In this document: in pieces, positions 37,103-46,825 of the stretch
Layout of the letters: every line of letters starts with the position of its first letter
Numbering within the stretch: position 1 is the stretch's first letter
From: Bacillota bacterium
Lineage (GTDB): Bacteria; Bacillota_I; Bacilli_A; RF39; UBA660
Direction of reading: 5' to 3'
NCBI GenBank assembly: GCA_015059195.1
Contig: SVAW01000001.1
Coordinates: forward strand, 81,575-145,574
DNA: 64,000 nucleotides
Made by a program: the position numbers and the translations under genes
Notes under the pieces: model-generated
The model's database searches: none
Seen by the model: the letters and a program-made list of their open reading frames with translations, nothing else
What the model was told of the DNA's origin: nothing

Positions 37103-38041
37103 TTAGTTAGCCGTTTTTGTTTCCAAATAATAATTTTTATTAAATGTGTGTTTGCTTGTATTGATTTTTTCTAGTTGGTCTGTATTAATTAAAAAGAAAT
37201 CATATATTAACATATCATTGCCCTCAACTAAAGGATCATCCCAAGTTAAGTCTAAATGATACCATTTACCGTCAACAAAAGCATAGTTCCATACGTGTCC
37301 TTCATCTGGATTGTCGGATAAAACATTAGAAATCTTATAATTTTTAATCCCAATCTTATCTAAAAAAATTGCCATCACATCACTATAACCGCTGCAAACT
37401 GCCATTCCTTCGACTAAAGGTCCATAAGCACTATATGGATGGTAGGGGTAGGCCTCTTTATCTGTTGCAGCCGTAAAGTTTTTATCATATTTAGTTTGAT
37501 TTATGATCCAGTCGTGAAATAATTTAATTTTCTTGCGATCATTCATATCATCTGTAATGCTCTGCTTTATAAAATTATCTATAATTTGATTAATGATTAG
37601 CTCGTGTTCTGTTGAATATAATTTTTCTATTTTAATCGTTATCTTGTTAAAATTATTTGGAGTTACAACAATTTTATCAAACGAATTAAATGGATGTACA
37701 TAATTATTAATAACCTCTACATAATCACTTGTTGTAATATACTGTGTAAAGTCATTGATACAGTCAGTATATTTAAAATCACAGAAAAAGGAAAAGGAAG
37801 TCCATCCACTGTTCAAAATAGTATATAAAAAATTATTAAAATCATCTTTGTTTTTTACCGTTAATTCCTTCTGATTTTCAAACAATAAAAATTCTTCCGT
37901 CTTATAATAATTATTTGGTGTCTCTAACTCAAATTTATCTTTAAAAATGACTTTTTGTACAATAAATTGTGAAACTTCGTCTTTTTTCCAAACGATTATT
38001 CCGGCACTAATTATAAGTAATAATACAAATATTTTTTTCAC
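37103..38041 (-). CDS. Transglutaminase-like (Cys-His-Asp) domain protein, membrane anchored
   Basis: CSGYSDV...GHVWNY...HLDLTWDD triad. The GTG start (VKKIFVLLL) after AGGTGA is preferred over the track start at 38095. Confidence 0.65.
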   Translation of the reverse strand: MKKIFVLLLIISAGIIVWKKDEVSQFIVQKVIFKDKFELETPNNYYKTEEFLLFENQKELTVKNKDDFNNFLYTILNSGWTSFSFFCDFKYTDCINDFTQYITTSDYVEVINNYVHPFNSFDKIVVTPNNFNKITIKIEKLYSTEHELIINQIIDNFIKQSITDDMNDRKKIKLFHDWIINQTKYDKNFTAATDKEAYPYHPYSAYGPLVEGMAVCSGYSDVMAIFLDKIGIKNYKISNVLSDNPDEGHVWNYAFVDGKWYHLDLTWDDPLVEGNDMLIYDFFLINTDQLEKINTSKHTFNKNYYLETKTAN

Positions 38042-38095
38042 CTTATCACCTAGATTAATTATATCAAAAAGCAAATAAAAAAAGAAGTATAACAA

Positions 38096-38359
38096 TTACT
38101 TCATTTCATTTACTTTTTTTGTTAAACGAGATTTGTTACGAGCACAAGTGTTCTTTGCGGTAACACCTTTAGAAGCGGCTTTATCAATTCTTTTGATTGC
38201 GATTTTTAAAGCGCCTTCAGCTTTTTCTTTATCTTTAGCTACAACTGCTTTTTCTACGTTTTTAATTGCAGTACGCATACTAGCTTTATATTCATTATTA
38301 CTTACATTTTTCTTACCGATTACTTTAACAGCTTTTTTTGCATTTTTCATATTTGGCAT
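38096..38359 (-). CDS. rpsT: 30S ribosomal protein S20
   Basis: MPNMKNAKKAVK...RNKSRLTK. Confidence 0.9.
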   Translation of the reverse strand: MPNMKNAKKAVKVIGKKNVSNNEYKASMRTAIKNVEKAVVAKDKEKAEGALKIAIKRIDKAASKGVTAKNTCARNKSRLTKKVNEMK

Positions 38360-38481
38360 AATCTCACCTCCAAGTCATTTCAACACATAATATTTTAACA
38401 AACATTTAAGTAAAATGCAACGTTTTTATTAAATAATCATAATATTTCAATAATTGATAACACTATTATTGGTGAAATGTT

Positions 38482-39519
38482 ATGAATCATGAAATAGATT
38501 TATCTAAATATGGAATTAGAACAGATTTAGCAATAGAATTACTTAATGAAAATACAGGAATTGAAGGAATAGTTTGTGCAAAGTCATCTTATGAGAAAGT
38601 AAATATTACAGATGTAGAAGTAAATCCTTTAGGAAGCAAGGCGATCGGGAAAAAGCCGGGTTTATATATCACTATAGAATTTGAGGATGTGACTGATAAA
38701 AATAATCAAAATCAAGTCTTAGAAGTTTTTCAAATAAAACTAAAAGAAATGTTACAAAAATTAAATATTGAAGCAGAAGATAGTTGTTTAGTTATAGGAC
38801 TTGGCAATGATCGATCTACCCCAGATTCCTTAGGGCCGCTTTCTATAGATAATATATTAGTTACAAATCATTTATTTGAATTGGGCGAATTATCTTCTGA
38901 TTTTAGAAGAGTAAGTGCTATAAACCCAGGAGTAATGGGGACAACGGGAATTGAAACAAGTGATATCATAGTAAGTGTTGTTAAAAAAATTAAACCTGAC
39001 TTTGTTATTGTGATTGATGCTCTAGCTAGTCAATCTGTTGAAAGAGTAAATAAAACAATTCAGATGACTGATACGGGAATACACCCAGGAAGTGGAGTAG
39101 GCAATAGTAGAAAAGAAATTAGTAGAGAAGTACTAGGTGTTCCTGTTATTGCAATAGGTGTCCCAACCACAGTTGACGCAGTAACAATTGTAAGTGATAC
39201 AATAAATTATATGTATAAACATTTTTCATATACGAAAGATAATATTAATAATCCAAGCCACAAACTAATGGTATCAACACCTAACTATTTAAAAAAGAGT
39301 TTTAAGGTTGATAAAGAAGACAAGCATAAATTGCTAGGAATGATTGGCGATTTAAATGAACAGGAAATAAGACAGTTAATCTTTGAAGTACTCACTCCAG
39401 TTGGTTATAACTTAATGGTTACTCCAAAAGAAATAGATTTTTTAATAGATAAATTAAGCTACATAATTGGAGAAGGAATCAATATGTCATTACATAATAA
39501 TCTTGACGACTTTTGTTAA
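38482..39519 (+). CDS. gpr: Germination protease
   Basis: GLGNDRSTPDSLGP and IVIDALA motifs. It lies in the rpsT-gpr-spoIIP neighbourhood. Confidence 0.85.
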   Translation: MNHEIDLSKYGIRTDLAIELLNENTGIEGIVCAKSSYEKVNITDVEVNPLGSKAIGKKPGLYITIEFEDVTDKNNQNQVLEVFQIKLKEMLQKLNIEAEDSCLVIGLGNDRSTPDSLGPLSIDNILVTNHLFELGELSSDFRRVSAINPGVMGTTGIETSDIIVSVVKKIKPDFVIVIDALASQSVERVNKTIQMTDTGIHPGSGVGNSRKEISREVLGVPVIAIGVPTTVDAVTIVSDTINYMYKHFSYTKDNINNPSHKLMVSTPNYLKKSFKVDKEDKHKLLGMIGDLNEQEIRQLIFEVLTPVGYNLMVTPKEIDFLIDKLSYIIGEGINMSLHNNLDDFC

Positions 39520-39555
39520 AAAGTGTATACTGAATACAGTAGAGGTGATTGTCTT

Positions 39556-40932
39556 ATGAATCAAAAATATTGCGTTTTGAAGATGAAACACTCTGTAAAG
39601 AATATAGGCAAGTTTATGGGCATTTTTATTTTTGTATGTGTTTTTTTTCACGGAAAAATTAATGTTCAAGCGCAAGTTTTTCCACCGTTTGACGGGTGGG
39701 CATGTCAAATCACTAATAATGCTATGAATCCACTTCAATGTTATATGTCTGGAACGCAAAACGCAGATATTACGTATAAAGGTGGTACAACGCATTGTGG
39801 TCCAAATGACGAATGGTGTTGGCAATATGATACGGGGTTATTTTGGTCTAAATCGGGTTCATGTCAGTTACATTTTACGCAGGAGGCAACTCCCACTTTA
39901 GAGGATCAAAAAAATGAAAACTGTGATCTACAGTTGAGCGACGTAGGGTCAGGATATTATAAATATCCAGCATCCTACTATGAATCAAATTGGGAATTGC
40001 AGGTTTCATCTACTAATCCAATTGTTGGTATTTGGGACTTAGAAAAGAATGCTGGTAGTAATGGTTCATGTCCTATTGTTGATGGAAATATCGGTGTTTA
40101 TGATGAAGAGGAAAATAAGTGTTATTACAGTATGTATGTTCAAGAACCGACAGGTGGATCTTGCGGAACTATAGCTGGTGTTACAGGTAGATTGCAAACG
40201 TTTATGACGGCACAGTACTGTATTTATACATTATATGGTTATGAAGAAAGCGATTGTGTTAATGCTGAATTGGATGTTTCTGGGAAGTATTTACCTAACT
40301 ATGAGGGTTGTATTGTTGGATCTGTAGATAATAACGAAGAAGTGGATCCTTATGATGGGGACATTTATTGTTTTGATGGTGCTTCAAAGTTTGAACCGAT
40401 TGAACATTATGATGGAGCTTATGAAAATAAGAAACATTATTACTATTTTTGCCCAGCTACGCAAGAAATTATGGGAGATTATGAAACTGTGTGTAATATG
40501 GGATACAACTTTATGGATGAAGCTGCTGTTGTAGGGAAATTTGGGACAGCCAATTCTGGACATATTGCGCTTTATTGTGAAAAAAGTATAGAACAAGCCC
40601 CACCCCCTCCACTACCTGAGCCAGAACCTGAACCTGAACCTAACCCTGGGGATCCAGTGACTGGTTGTGAAGTAATTCCTGCTTCTATTAGAATATGGAT
40701 AAAGGATACATTAAATTTAGTAAAATATGTTGTACTAGTTGTAGTAATAGTACTAGGCATATTAGACTTCTTAAAAGCAGCAGGAAGTGGAGAAGCAGAA
40801 GCCATGAAAAAGGCTGGAACAGACTTTTTGAAACGAGTTATAGCGGTAATAGTATTATTCTTGCTTCCATTAATAGTAGATTTAATATTAAATTTAATTG
40901 AAATCTATGGGGCAGATTCAACTTGCCTTTAA
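39556..40932 (+). CDS. Secreted Cys-rich protein with PEPEPEPEP linker and two C-terminal TM helices
   Basis: Signal peptide ...GKINVQA|Q and many Cys in a ~330-aa ectodomain. PPPPLPEPEPEPEPNPGDP linker, then two hydrophobic helices separated by KAAGSGEAEAMKKAGTDFLKR. ATG 39556 lies after AGAGGTGA. Confidence 0.6.
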   Translation: MNQKYCVLKMKHSVKNIGKFMGIFIFVCVFFHGKINVQAQVFPPFDGWACQITNNAMNPLQCYMSGTQNADITYKGGTTHCGPNDEWCWQYDTGLFWSKSGSCQLHFTQEATPTLEDQKNENCDLQLSDVGSGYYKYPASYYESNWELQVSSTNPIVGIWDLEKNAGSNGSCPIVDGNIGVYDEEENKCYYSMYVQEPTGGSCGTIAGVTGRLQTFMTAQYCIYTLYGYEESDCVNAELDVSGKYLPNYEGCIVGSVDNNEEVDPYDGDIYCFDGASKFEPIEHYDGAYENKKHYYYFCPATQEIMGDYETVCNMGYNFMDEAAVVGKFGTANSGHIALYCEKSIEQAPPPPLPEPEPEPEPNPGDPVTGCEVIPASIRIWIKDTLNLVKYVVLVVVIVLGILDFLKAAGSGEAEAMKKAGTDFLKRVIAVIVLFLLPLIVDLILNLIEIYGADSTCL

Positions 40933-41024
40933 TAAATTAATTTAATTGAAATTATAAGAGAAGATTGCTGATAAAATTCAACAATCTTTTTTTTCATATT
41001 GTGATATTATTTGAATAATATAGA

Positions 41025-42038
41025 TTGGGTGATAATGTGGCAAAAAAATTTAAAGGTAAAAAGAGTAAAATTAAAATTTTAAAATATGCCGTTATATTAA
41101 TCGTTATATATTTAATATATTCATTATTTTCGTTTTTACTTTTGAATATTAAGTTAGTAGATAATAATGAAGATTTTATTAGAAACTTGTTAGGGGATTC
41201 TAATTATCATATGTTTTATGAAAAAAGAAGTCAAAATGTGATTTATCGTATTGCTAGCATTTTAACTAATTTCAATCTTAAAGAGCCATTATCAATTTTG
41301 GAAAATAGTTTTGGCTATGAAAGCGTAGATAATTCTAACTCCAATTTAGTTTATAATGGGGATTATGAAGTTGATAATTCAATACAGTCTATAATAGATT
41401 ATATGAGTAAGGATGAAGATATTAAAGAACCTCTAGTATATATTTATAATTCACATCAAACGGAAGGATATAGTAAAGAATATTTAAAAAATGAAAATAT
41501 TACACCAAATGTGTTAATGGCAGGATATCTTTTGAAGGAAAAGTTGGATAAATTAGGGGTCCCTACAATAATAGAAGAATCAAACATTTCAGAGTTTTTA
41601 AGAATCAATAATTGGAATTATAATGCTAGCTATAAAGCGAGCAGATTTTATTTGTTAGATGTAATGGAAAAGTATCCTAGTATTAAATTATTTATAGATT
41701 TGCATAGGGATGCACTTTCTAAAAATAGTTCTACAGTAACTCTTAATAATAAAAAGTATGCGAAAGTGTTATTTGTGGTTGGAAAGGAACACAAAGATTA
41801 TCAACAAAATCTAAATCTTGCTAATCAATTAAATGATCTGATTAAGGCTAAATATCCAACGCTAACAAGAGGTGTTTTACAAAAAGAGGGTTCTAACGTA
41901 AATGGAATATATAATCAGGACTTAAGTTCCAATATTATCTTATTAGAACTAGGTGGTCATGAAAACACGATAACAGAAGTATTAAATACTATAGAAATTA
42001 TATCTATAATTATAAAGGAGCATATAAATGAAAACTGA
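41025..42038 (+). CDS. spoIIP: Stage II sporulation protein P
   Basis: YIYNSHQTEGY, IDLHRDA and LELGG motifs. An N-terminal TM helix is present. The start may be the GTG at 41037. Confidence 0.8.
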   Translation: MGDNVAKKFKGKKSKIKILKYAVILIVIYLIYSLFSFLLLNIKLVDNNEDFIRNLLGDSNYHMFYEKRSQNVIYRIASILTNFNLKEPLSILENSFGYESVDNSNSNLVYNGDYEVDNSIQSIIDYMSKDEDIKEPLVYIYNSHQTEGYSKEYLKNENITPNVLMAGYLLKEKLDKLGVPTIIEESNISEFLRINNWNYNASYKASRFYLLDVMEKYPSIKLFIDLHRDALSKNSSTVTLNNKKYAKVLFVVGKEHKDYQQNLNLANQLNDLIKAKYPTLTRGVLQKEGSNVNGIYNQDLSSNIILLELGGHENTITEVLNTIEIISIIIKEHINEN

Positions 42039-42372
42039 AACTAAAATTAAACGCAGAAATAAAATATTTAGGTGGACAATGTTTTTCCTTTTTCTTCTTT
42101 TTTTAACATTGTATCTATCTCAAGCTACTGGATATTATGAATATGAACAAAGTAGAAAAACAGCTTTTACAGAAGAGCAAATAAAACAATTTGAACAAGA
42201 TGTAAAAGATGGGAAAGAAATAGATGTCAACTCATATTTAGAAAATACGAATAAAAATTATCAAAACAATATATCGAAAGCTACGCTTAGTATATCTGAG
42301 GCCATATCAAAATATATGAAATTAGGAATCGAAAAAATGTTTGAAGGTATAGCCAAAATAATTGAGGAGTAA
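42028..42372 (+). CDS. YqxA-like small membrane protein (by position after spoIIP)
   Basis: 114 aa with an N-terminal TM helix, overlapping the spoIIP end. B. subtilis has yqxA in this position. Confidence 0.45.
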   Translation: MKTETKIKRRNKIFRWTMFFLFLLFLTLYLSQATGYYEYEQSRKTAFTEEQIKQFEQDVKDGKEIDVNSYLENTNKNYQNNISKATLSISEAISKYMKLGIEKMFEGIAKIIEE

Positions 42373-42385
42373 TGGATGATTACCA

Positions 42386-42443
42386 AAACATGAAAGAATT
42401 TTAGAGATTACGTTATTCTAAAATTTGTTTTCATGTTTTTTTT
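42386..42443 (+). terminator. Intrinsic terminator related in sequence to the pilin-cassette terminator
   Basis: aaacatgaaa-g-aattttaga...ttctaaaatt-tgt-tttcatgttttttt. The scaffold matches 442-498, with a compensatory C-G to T-A change and a different loop. Confidence 0.8.
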
Positions 42444-42486
42444 GATTGTTTAATATGTTATAATTATTTTAGAAAAGAGGTTAGTT

Positions 42487-43395
42487 ATGGAATTAATTAT
42501 AGGTTCACATGTGTCATTTAAACATAAAGATCAATTAGTAGGAAGTGTAGCTGAAGCGTTATCTTATGGGGCTAATACATTTATGTTTTATACTGGGGCA
42601 CCTCAAAATACTAATAGAGCAGAGATAAATGAAGATTTAACTAAGGAAGCATTTAGTCTTATGCAAAAAAATAACATTAATCCACTTAATGTTATTGTTC
42701 ATGCACCATATATAATTAATCTAGCCAATAACGGAATAAATTTTGACTTTGCCATCAAATTTTTAAAAGAAGAAATTAGACGAGTTGAAAAATTAGGAAT
42801 GAAATATTTAGTTCTTCATCCAGGAAGTCATGTGGGGCTTGGTGTAGATGCTGGTATTAAAAATATTATTGAAGCTTTAAACTTTGTACTTACAGAAGAT
42901 ACTAATGTAGTTATTTGTTTGGAAACTATGGCTGGAAAAGGTAGTGAAATTGGCTCTACTTTTAATGAGCTAAAAAGAATAATTGATGGAGTTAAATTTA
43001 ATGATAAATTAATGGTTTGTATGGATACATGCCATATGCATGATGCCGGATATAACGTAGAAGATTTTGATTCGTTATTAGAAGATTTTGATAAAATTAT
43101 TGGTATTGATAAAATTGCTTGTATCCATATAAATGACAGTAAAAATGTAATAGGTGCACATAAAGATCGCCACGATAACTTTGGTATTGGAAAAATTGGC
43201 TTTGATAATCTTATTAAAATCATTTATAACGAAAGACTAGATGGTGTGCCTAAAATTTTAGAAACTCCATATATTGGGGAGGTTGATGACTCCAAAGAGC
43301 GACTTTATCCACCGTATAAATTTGAAATTGAAATGATTAGAAATAAAAAGTTTGACCCTGAGGTTTTAAAGAATATTAGAAAATACTACAAGTAA
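42487..43395 (+). CDS. nfo: Endonuclease IV
   Basis: HAPYIINLA, LHPGSH and CMDTCH motifs. Confidence 0.9.
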   Translation: MELIIGSHVSFKHKDQLVGSVAEALSYGANTFMFYTGAPQNTNRAEINEDLTKEAFSLMQKNNINPLNVIVHAPYIINLANNGINFDFAIKFLKEEIRRVEKLGMKYLVLHPGSHVGLGVDAGIKNIIEALNFVLTEDTNVVICLETMAGKGSEIGSTFNELKRIIDGVKFNDKLMVCMDTCHMHDAGYNVEDFDSLLEDFDKIIGIDKIACIHINDSKNVIGAHKDRHDNFGIGKIGFDNLIKIIYNERLDGVPKILETPYIGEVDDSKERLYPPYKFEIEMIRNKKFDPEVLKNIRKYYK

Positions 43396-43649
43396 GAAGA
43401 ATATTTATTTTTAAATTCAATATATAAATTTTCAATTTTTTGATATGTTAAGCCATCTACTTTAGACCTTAAGTCTTCTAAGATTGGTTTAGGATTGCCA
43501 TAAACAATTGTTCTCCAATTGTTTTTTATGTGGTAAAAAACAAGTTCTAATTCATCATTGTTTAAAACAATTCCATTTTTTCTTGCGAATGAATCAATAT
43601 CATTTAGATTCATTCTGTTTATATATTGAATAATTAATTTTTCAATCAT
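43386..43649 (-). CDS. Small hypothetical protein
   Basis: 87-aa ORF convergent with nfo, with SD GAGGTGAAAAAATG. No family assigned with confidence. Confidence 0.4.
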   Translation of the reverse strand: MIEKLIIQYINRMNLNDIDSFARKNGIVLNNDELELVFYHIKNNWRTIVYGNPKPILEDLRSKVDGLTYQKIENLYIEFKNKYSSYL

Positions 43650-43730
43650 TTTTTCACCTCACAATAATATATGAAAGTAACTCTGAATAATGTAATTTAA
43701 ATGTAATAAACTATAATAAGGAGGTATTTT

Positions 43731-44336
43731 ATGTATAAGTTAGAATCATTACCTTATGATTATAATGCGTTAGAACCATTCATTAGTGGTACTACGGTAA
43801 ATATTCATTATAATAAACATCACAAACATTATTTAGAACGACTAAATAATCTTTTGAATAGTATTAACTATCAATATAATAAGCCTATTGAAGATATTAT
43901 TATAAATATAGATAAATTCCCAATCAGTGCTAGAGGCGATATTTTATTTAATGCTGGAGGAGCGCTTAATCACGATTTATATTGGAAAAGCATGAATCCA
44001 GTTTCCAAAATGCCTATAGGATTATTATTAGAGCAAATAACAAATACCTATGGAAGTTTTCAAAATTTTAAACAAGAATTTATTGAATCAACTAAGAAGT
44101 TAGTAGGGTCTGGATATACATTTTTGGTTATGGACAAAAATAAAAATTTAAAGATAATAAATACAAGTAACCAAGAAAGCCCGTATAGTTATGGATTTAT
44201 TCCGTTATTAACCATAGACTTATGGGAACATGCCTATTATTTAGATTACCAAAACAGAAAAGAAGATTATGTTAATAGTTTTTTTTCAATTATAAACTTT
44301 GAATACGCAGAACAAATATATGAAAAAAACCTATAG
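43731..44336 (+). CDS. sodA: Fe/Mn superoxide dismutase
   Basis: LPYDYNALEP, HYNKHH and DLWEHAYYLDYQNRK. Confidence 0.9.
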   Translation: MYKLESLPYDYNALEPFISGTTVNIHYNKHHKHYLERLNNLLNSINYQYNKPIEDIIINIDKFPISARGDILFNAGGALNHDLYWKSMNPVSKMPIGLLLEQITNTYGSFQNFKQEFIESTKKLVGSGYTFLVMDKNKNLKIINTSNQESPYSYGFIPLLTIDLWEHAYYLDYQNRKEDYVNSFFSIINFEYAEQIYEKNL

Positions 44337-46401
44337 AAAAAAAGTTTCAAAAAGATATAATAAATATAAACAGGATCAAACAATCAAAGAGAAAATTGAA
44401 AAAAGATATAAAGTATTAATTACAATAATATGTGTTATTTTGAGTTTTTTAATGTGCACATTATTTTATATTCAAATTATTAAGAATTCATTTTATAAAG
44501 AACGGGTCGCATTTTTAACACAAAATATAGTTTATGGTAACAGCGTGCCAAGAGGAAGAATATATGATAGAAATGGCAAAGTATTAGTTGATAATGTTGC
44601 AGTCAAGGTTATTTCTTATAAAAAAAATAGTGGAATATCTACATCAGAGGAAATCAACATGGCTTATAAGATTGCTTCTTTAATTGAAATGAATACAAAT
44701 CTGTTAAACAATTCAGATCTAAAGAAGTTTTGGATAGTTAACAATGCTGATTTAGCTAAAATAAAAATCACATCAGAAGAATGGCGATTATTAGAGGAAA
44801 GAAAAATTACTCAGAAGGAAATAGAAAAACTTAAATTAGAACGAATAACAGAAGAGGATTTGAAACAATATACTGAAATTGATCAAGAAGCTGCTTTAGT
44901 ATATACTTTGATGAATAAAGGTTATTCTTATAGTGAAAAAGAAATTAAGAAAAATGTTACTGACGTTGAGTATGCGCTGGTTGCTGAAAATATAGAAGAT
45001 TTACCGGGCTTTAGTACGAAGTTGGACTGGGATAGAATTTACCCATATGGAAGCACTTTTAGAAGCATTTTAGGTAATGTTTCCACAAGAGAATCAGGTA
45101 TTCCATATGAATTAAAAAACCACTATTTAGCCTTAGGATATAGTTTAAATGATAGAGTAGGAACTAGCTACTTGGAATATCAATATGAACATCTCTTAAA
45201 AGGAGAAAAAGCATTATATAAGATATCTAATATTGGTGATAATATTCTATTAGAAGAAGGTAAGCGAGGAAATGATATCGTTTTAACCATTGATATTGAT
45301 TTACAAATAGAAGTCGAAAAGATTTTAGAACAGGAACTTGTTAAAGCGAAAAAAGAGGCTAATACAGAATACTATAATAAGTCGTTTGTTGTGATTACTA
45401 ATCCAAAAACAGGCGAAATATTAGCTATGTCAGGTAAACAAATAATACAAAGTGGAGAAAGCTATAAGATGTATGATTATACCCCAGGTGTTTTAACATC
45501 ATCAGTGGTTGCTGGTTCTATAGTAAAGGGTGCTTCGCAAATTGTAGGATATAATACCGGAGCTTTAGAAATAGGAGAAGTAAGAAGTGATGATTGTATT
45601 AAAATTGCCGCAACTCCATTAAAATGTTCTTGGAAATATTTAGATAATATAGATGATATAGAAGCGCTTAAATATTCATCAAATACTTACCAATTTAATA
45701 CCGCTATTAATGTAGGAAAAGGAGTGTATCGTTATGATAAACCGTTAATTTTAGATCAAGAAGCATTTTCAATTTATCGTAATACATTTGCTGAATTCGG
45801 ATTAGGAGTAAAAACAGGAATTGATTTACCTAATGAAAGTTTAGGTTATATGGGAACTAGTACTTTATCAGGACACCTATTTGATTTTTCAATTGGCCAA
45901 TATGATACATATACTCCAATTCAACTTGCGCAATATATTAACACTATTGCAAATGGCGGCATGAGACTTTCCCCATATTTACTAAAGGCTGTTTATGAGC
46001 CGACTAGTGACCCACTAACCAATTTAATAACTGAAACTAAGCCTAATATATTAAACGAGTTAAATACTAATATAGAATATTTAAATAGGGTCAAATTAGG
46101 ATTTCAGGCTGTTATGGAAAAAGGTGGAACTGGGAGTGGGTATATAAATCTTGAATATAAACCTGCAGGGAAAACTGGCACTAGTCAAAGTTTTATAGAC
46201 TCTGATGGCGATGGCAAAGTTGATAAAGAAACCATTAGTGCGACTTTTGCGGCCTATGCTCCTTATGATAATCCTATAGTATCCTTTACCGTAGTTTCTC
46301 CTGATATATATCATTATGGCAATAATAGTTCTTTAAGAACCAATGTAAATATGCGTATTAGTAAAGAAGTTTCAAAAAAGTTCTTTGAAATTTATCAATA
46401 A
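44320..46401 (+). CDS. Class B penicillin-binding protein (PBP2/SpoVD-like transpeptidase)
   Basis: N-terminal TM helix, dimerisation domain, and SxxK (GSIVK), SSN and KTGT motifs. ATG 44320 is preferred over the TTG at 44299. Confidence 0.8.
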   Translation: MKKTYRKKVSKRYNKYKQDQTIKEKIEKRYKVLITIICVILSFLMCTLFYIQIIKNSFYKERVAFLTQNIVYGNSVPRGRIYDRNGKVLVDNVAVKVISYKKNSGISTSEEINMAYKIASLIEMNTNLLNNSDLKKFWIVNNADLAKIKITSEEWRLLEERKITQKEIEKLKLERITEEDLKQYTEIDQEAALVYTLMNKGYSYSEKEIKKNVTDVEYALVAENIEDLPGFSTKLDWDRIYPYGSTFRSILGNVSTRESGIPYELKNHYLALGYSLNDRVGTSYLEYQYEHLLKGEKALYKISNIGDNILLEEGKRGNDIVLTIDIDLQIEVEKILEQELVKAKKEANTEYYNKSFVVITNPKTGEILAMSGKQIIQSGESYKMYDYTPGVLTSSVVAGSIVKGASQIVGYNTGALEIGEVRSDDCIKIAATPLKCSWKYLDNIDDIEALKYSSNTYQFNTAINVGKGVYRYDKPLILDQEAFSIYRNTFAEFGLGVKTGIDLPNESLGYMGTSTLSGHLFDFSIGQYDTYTPIQLAQYINTIANGGMRLSPYLLKAVYEPTSDPLTNLITETKPNILNELNTNIEYLNRVKLGFQAVMEKGGTGSGYINLEYKPAGKTGTSQSFIDSDGDGKVDKETISATFAAYAPYDNPIVSFTVVSPDIYHYGNNSSLRTNVNMRISKEVSKKFFEIYQ

Positions 46402-46443
46402 TTTGTTATAATATTAGCGTATTTAGTAAAAAGGAGGGAAATT

Positions 46444-46611
46444 ATGGCAAAAAAAGGAGAAGCAAGAGAAAGAATTACGCTTGCATGTACTGTTTGTAAA
46501 GAAGAAAATTACCGTACTGAAAAAAATAAAAAGAATACTACAGATCGTTTAGAATTAAATAAATTCTGTCCTAAATGTAAAACAACAACAACACATAAAG
46601 AAAAGAAGTAG
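46444..46611 (+). CDS. rpmG: 50S ribosomal protein L33 (Zn-ribbon form); not in the ORF track
   Basis: Hand translation: [66 protein letters not shown]. Confidence 0.85.
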   Translation: MAKKGEARERITLACTVCKEENYRTEKNKKNTTDRLELNKFCPKCKTTTTHKEKK

Positions 46612-46618
46612 GTGAATT

Positions 46619-46813
46619 ATGGCAACAAGTAAAAATGGCCCAATTATATCTGTTGAAAATTTCGTCGACAATAGAGGTATGAGACCATTAATTGAATCTC
46701 AAGCAAATATCCAAACGGGTACAGTTAATAGTAGTGAAGTTAATGGTAAAAATGCTCCAAAGGTTAAAAGAAAAGATTACATAAGAATAAATCAACCTAA
46801 AAAAACAAAATAA
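46619..46813 (+). CDS. Small hypothetical protein between rpmG and efp
   Basis: 64-aa ORF with an SD-like GTAGGTGA upstream. No family recognised. Confidence 0.35.
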   Translation: MATSKNGPIISVENFVDNRGMRPLIESQANIQTGTVNSSEVNGKNAPKVKRKDYIRINQPKKTK

Positions 46814-46825
46814 TGGAGGTGTTCT

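Noticed and set aside
40590-40650. A CCTGAACCTGAGCCAGAA-type short tandem repeat encoding PEPEPEPEP.
   Set aside because: It is a simple Pro-Glu linker within a CDS. It has too few units and is in frame. There is no evidence for a contingency repeat.
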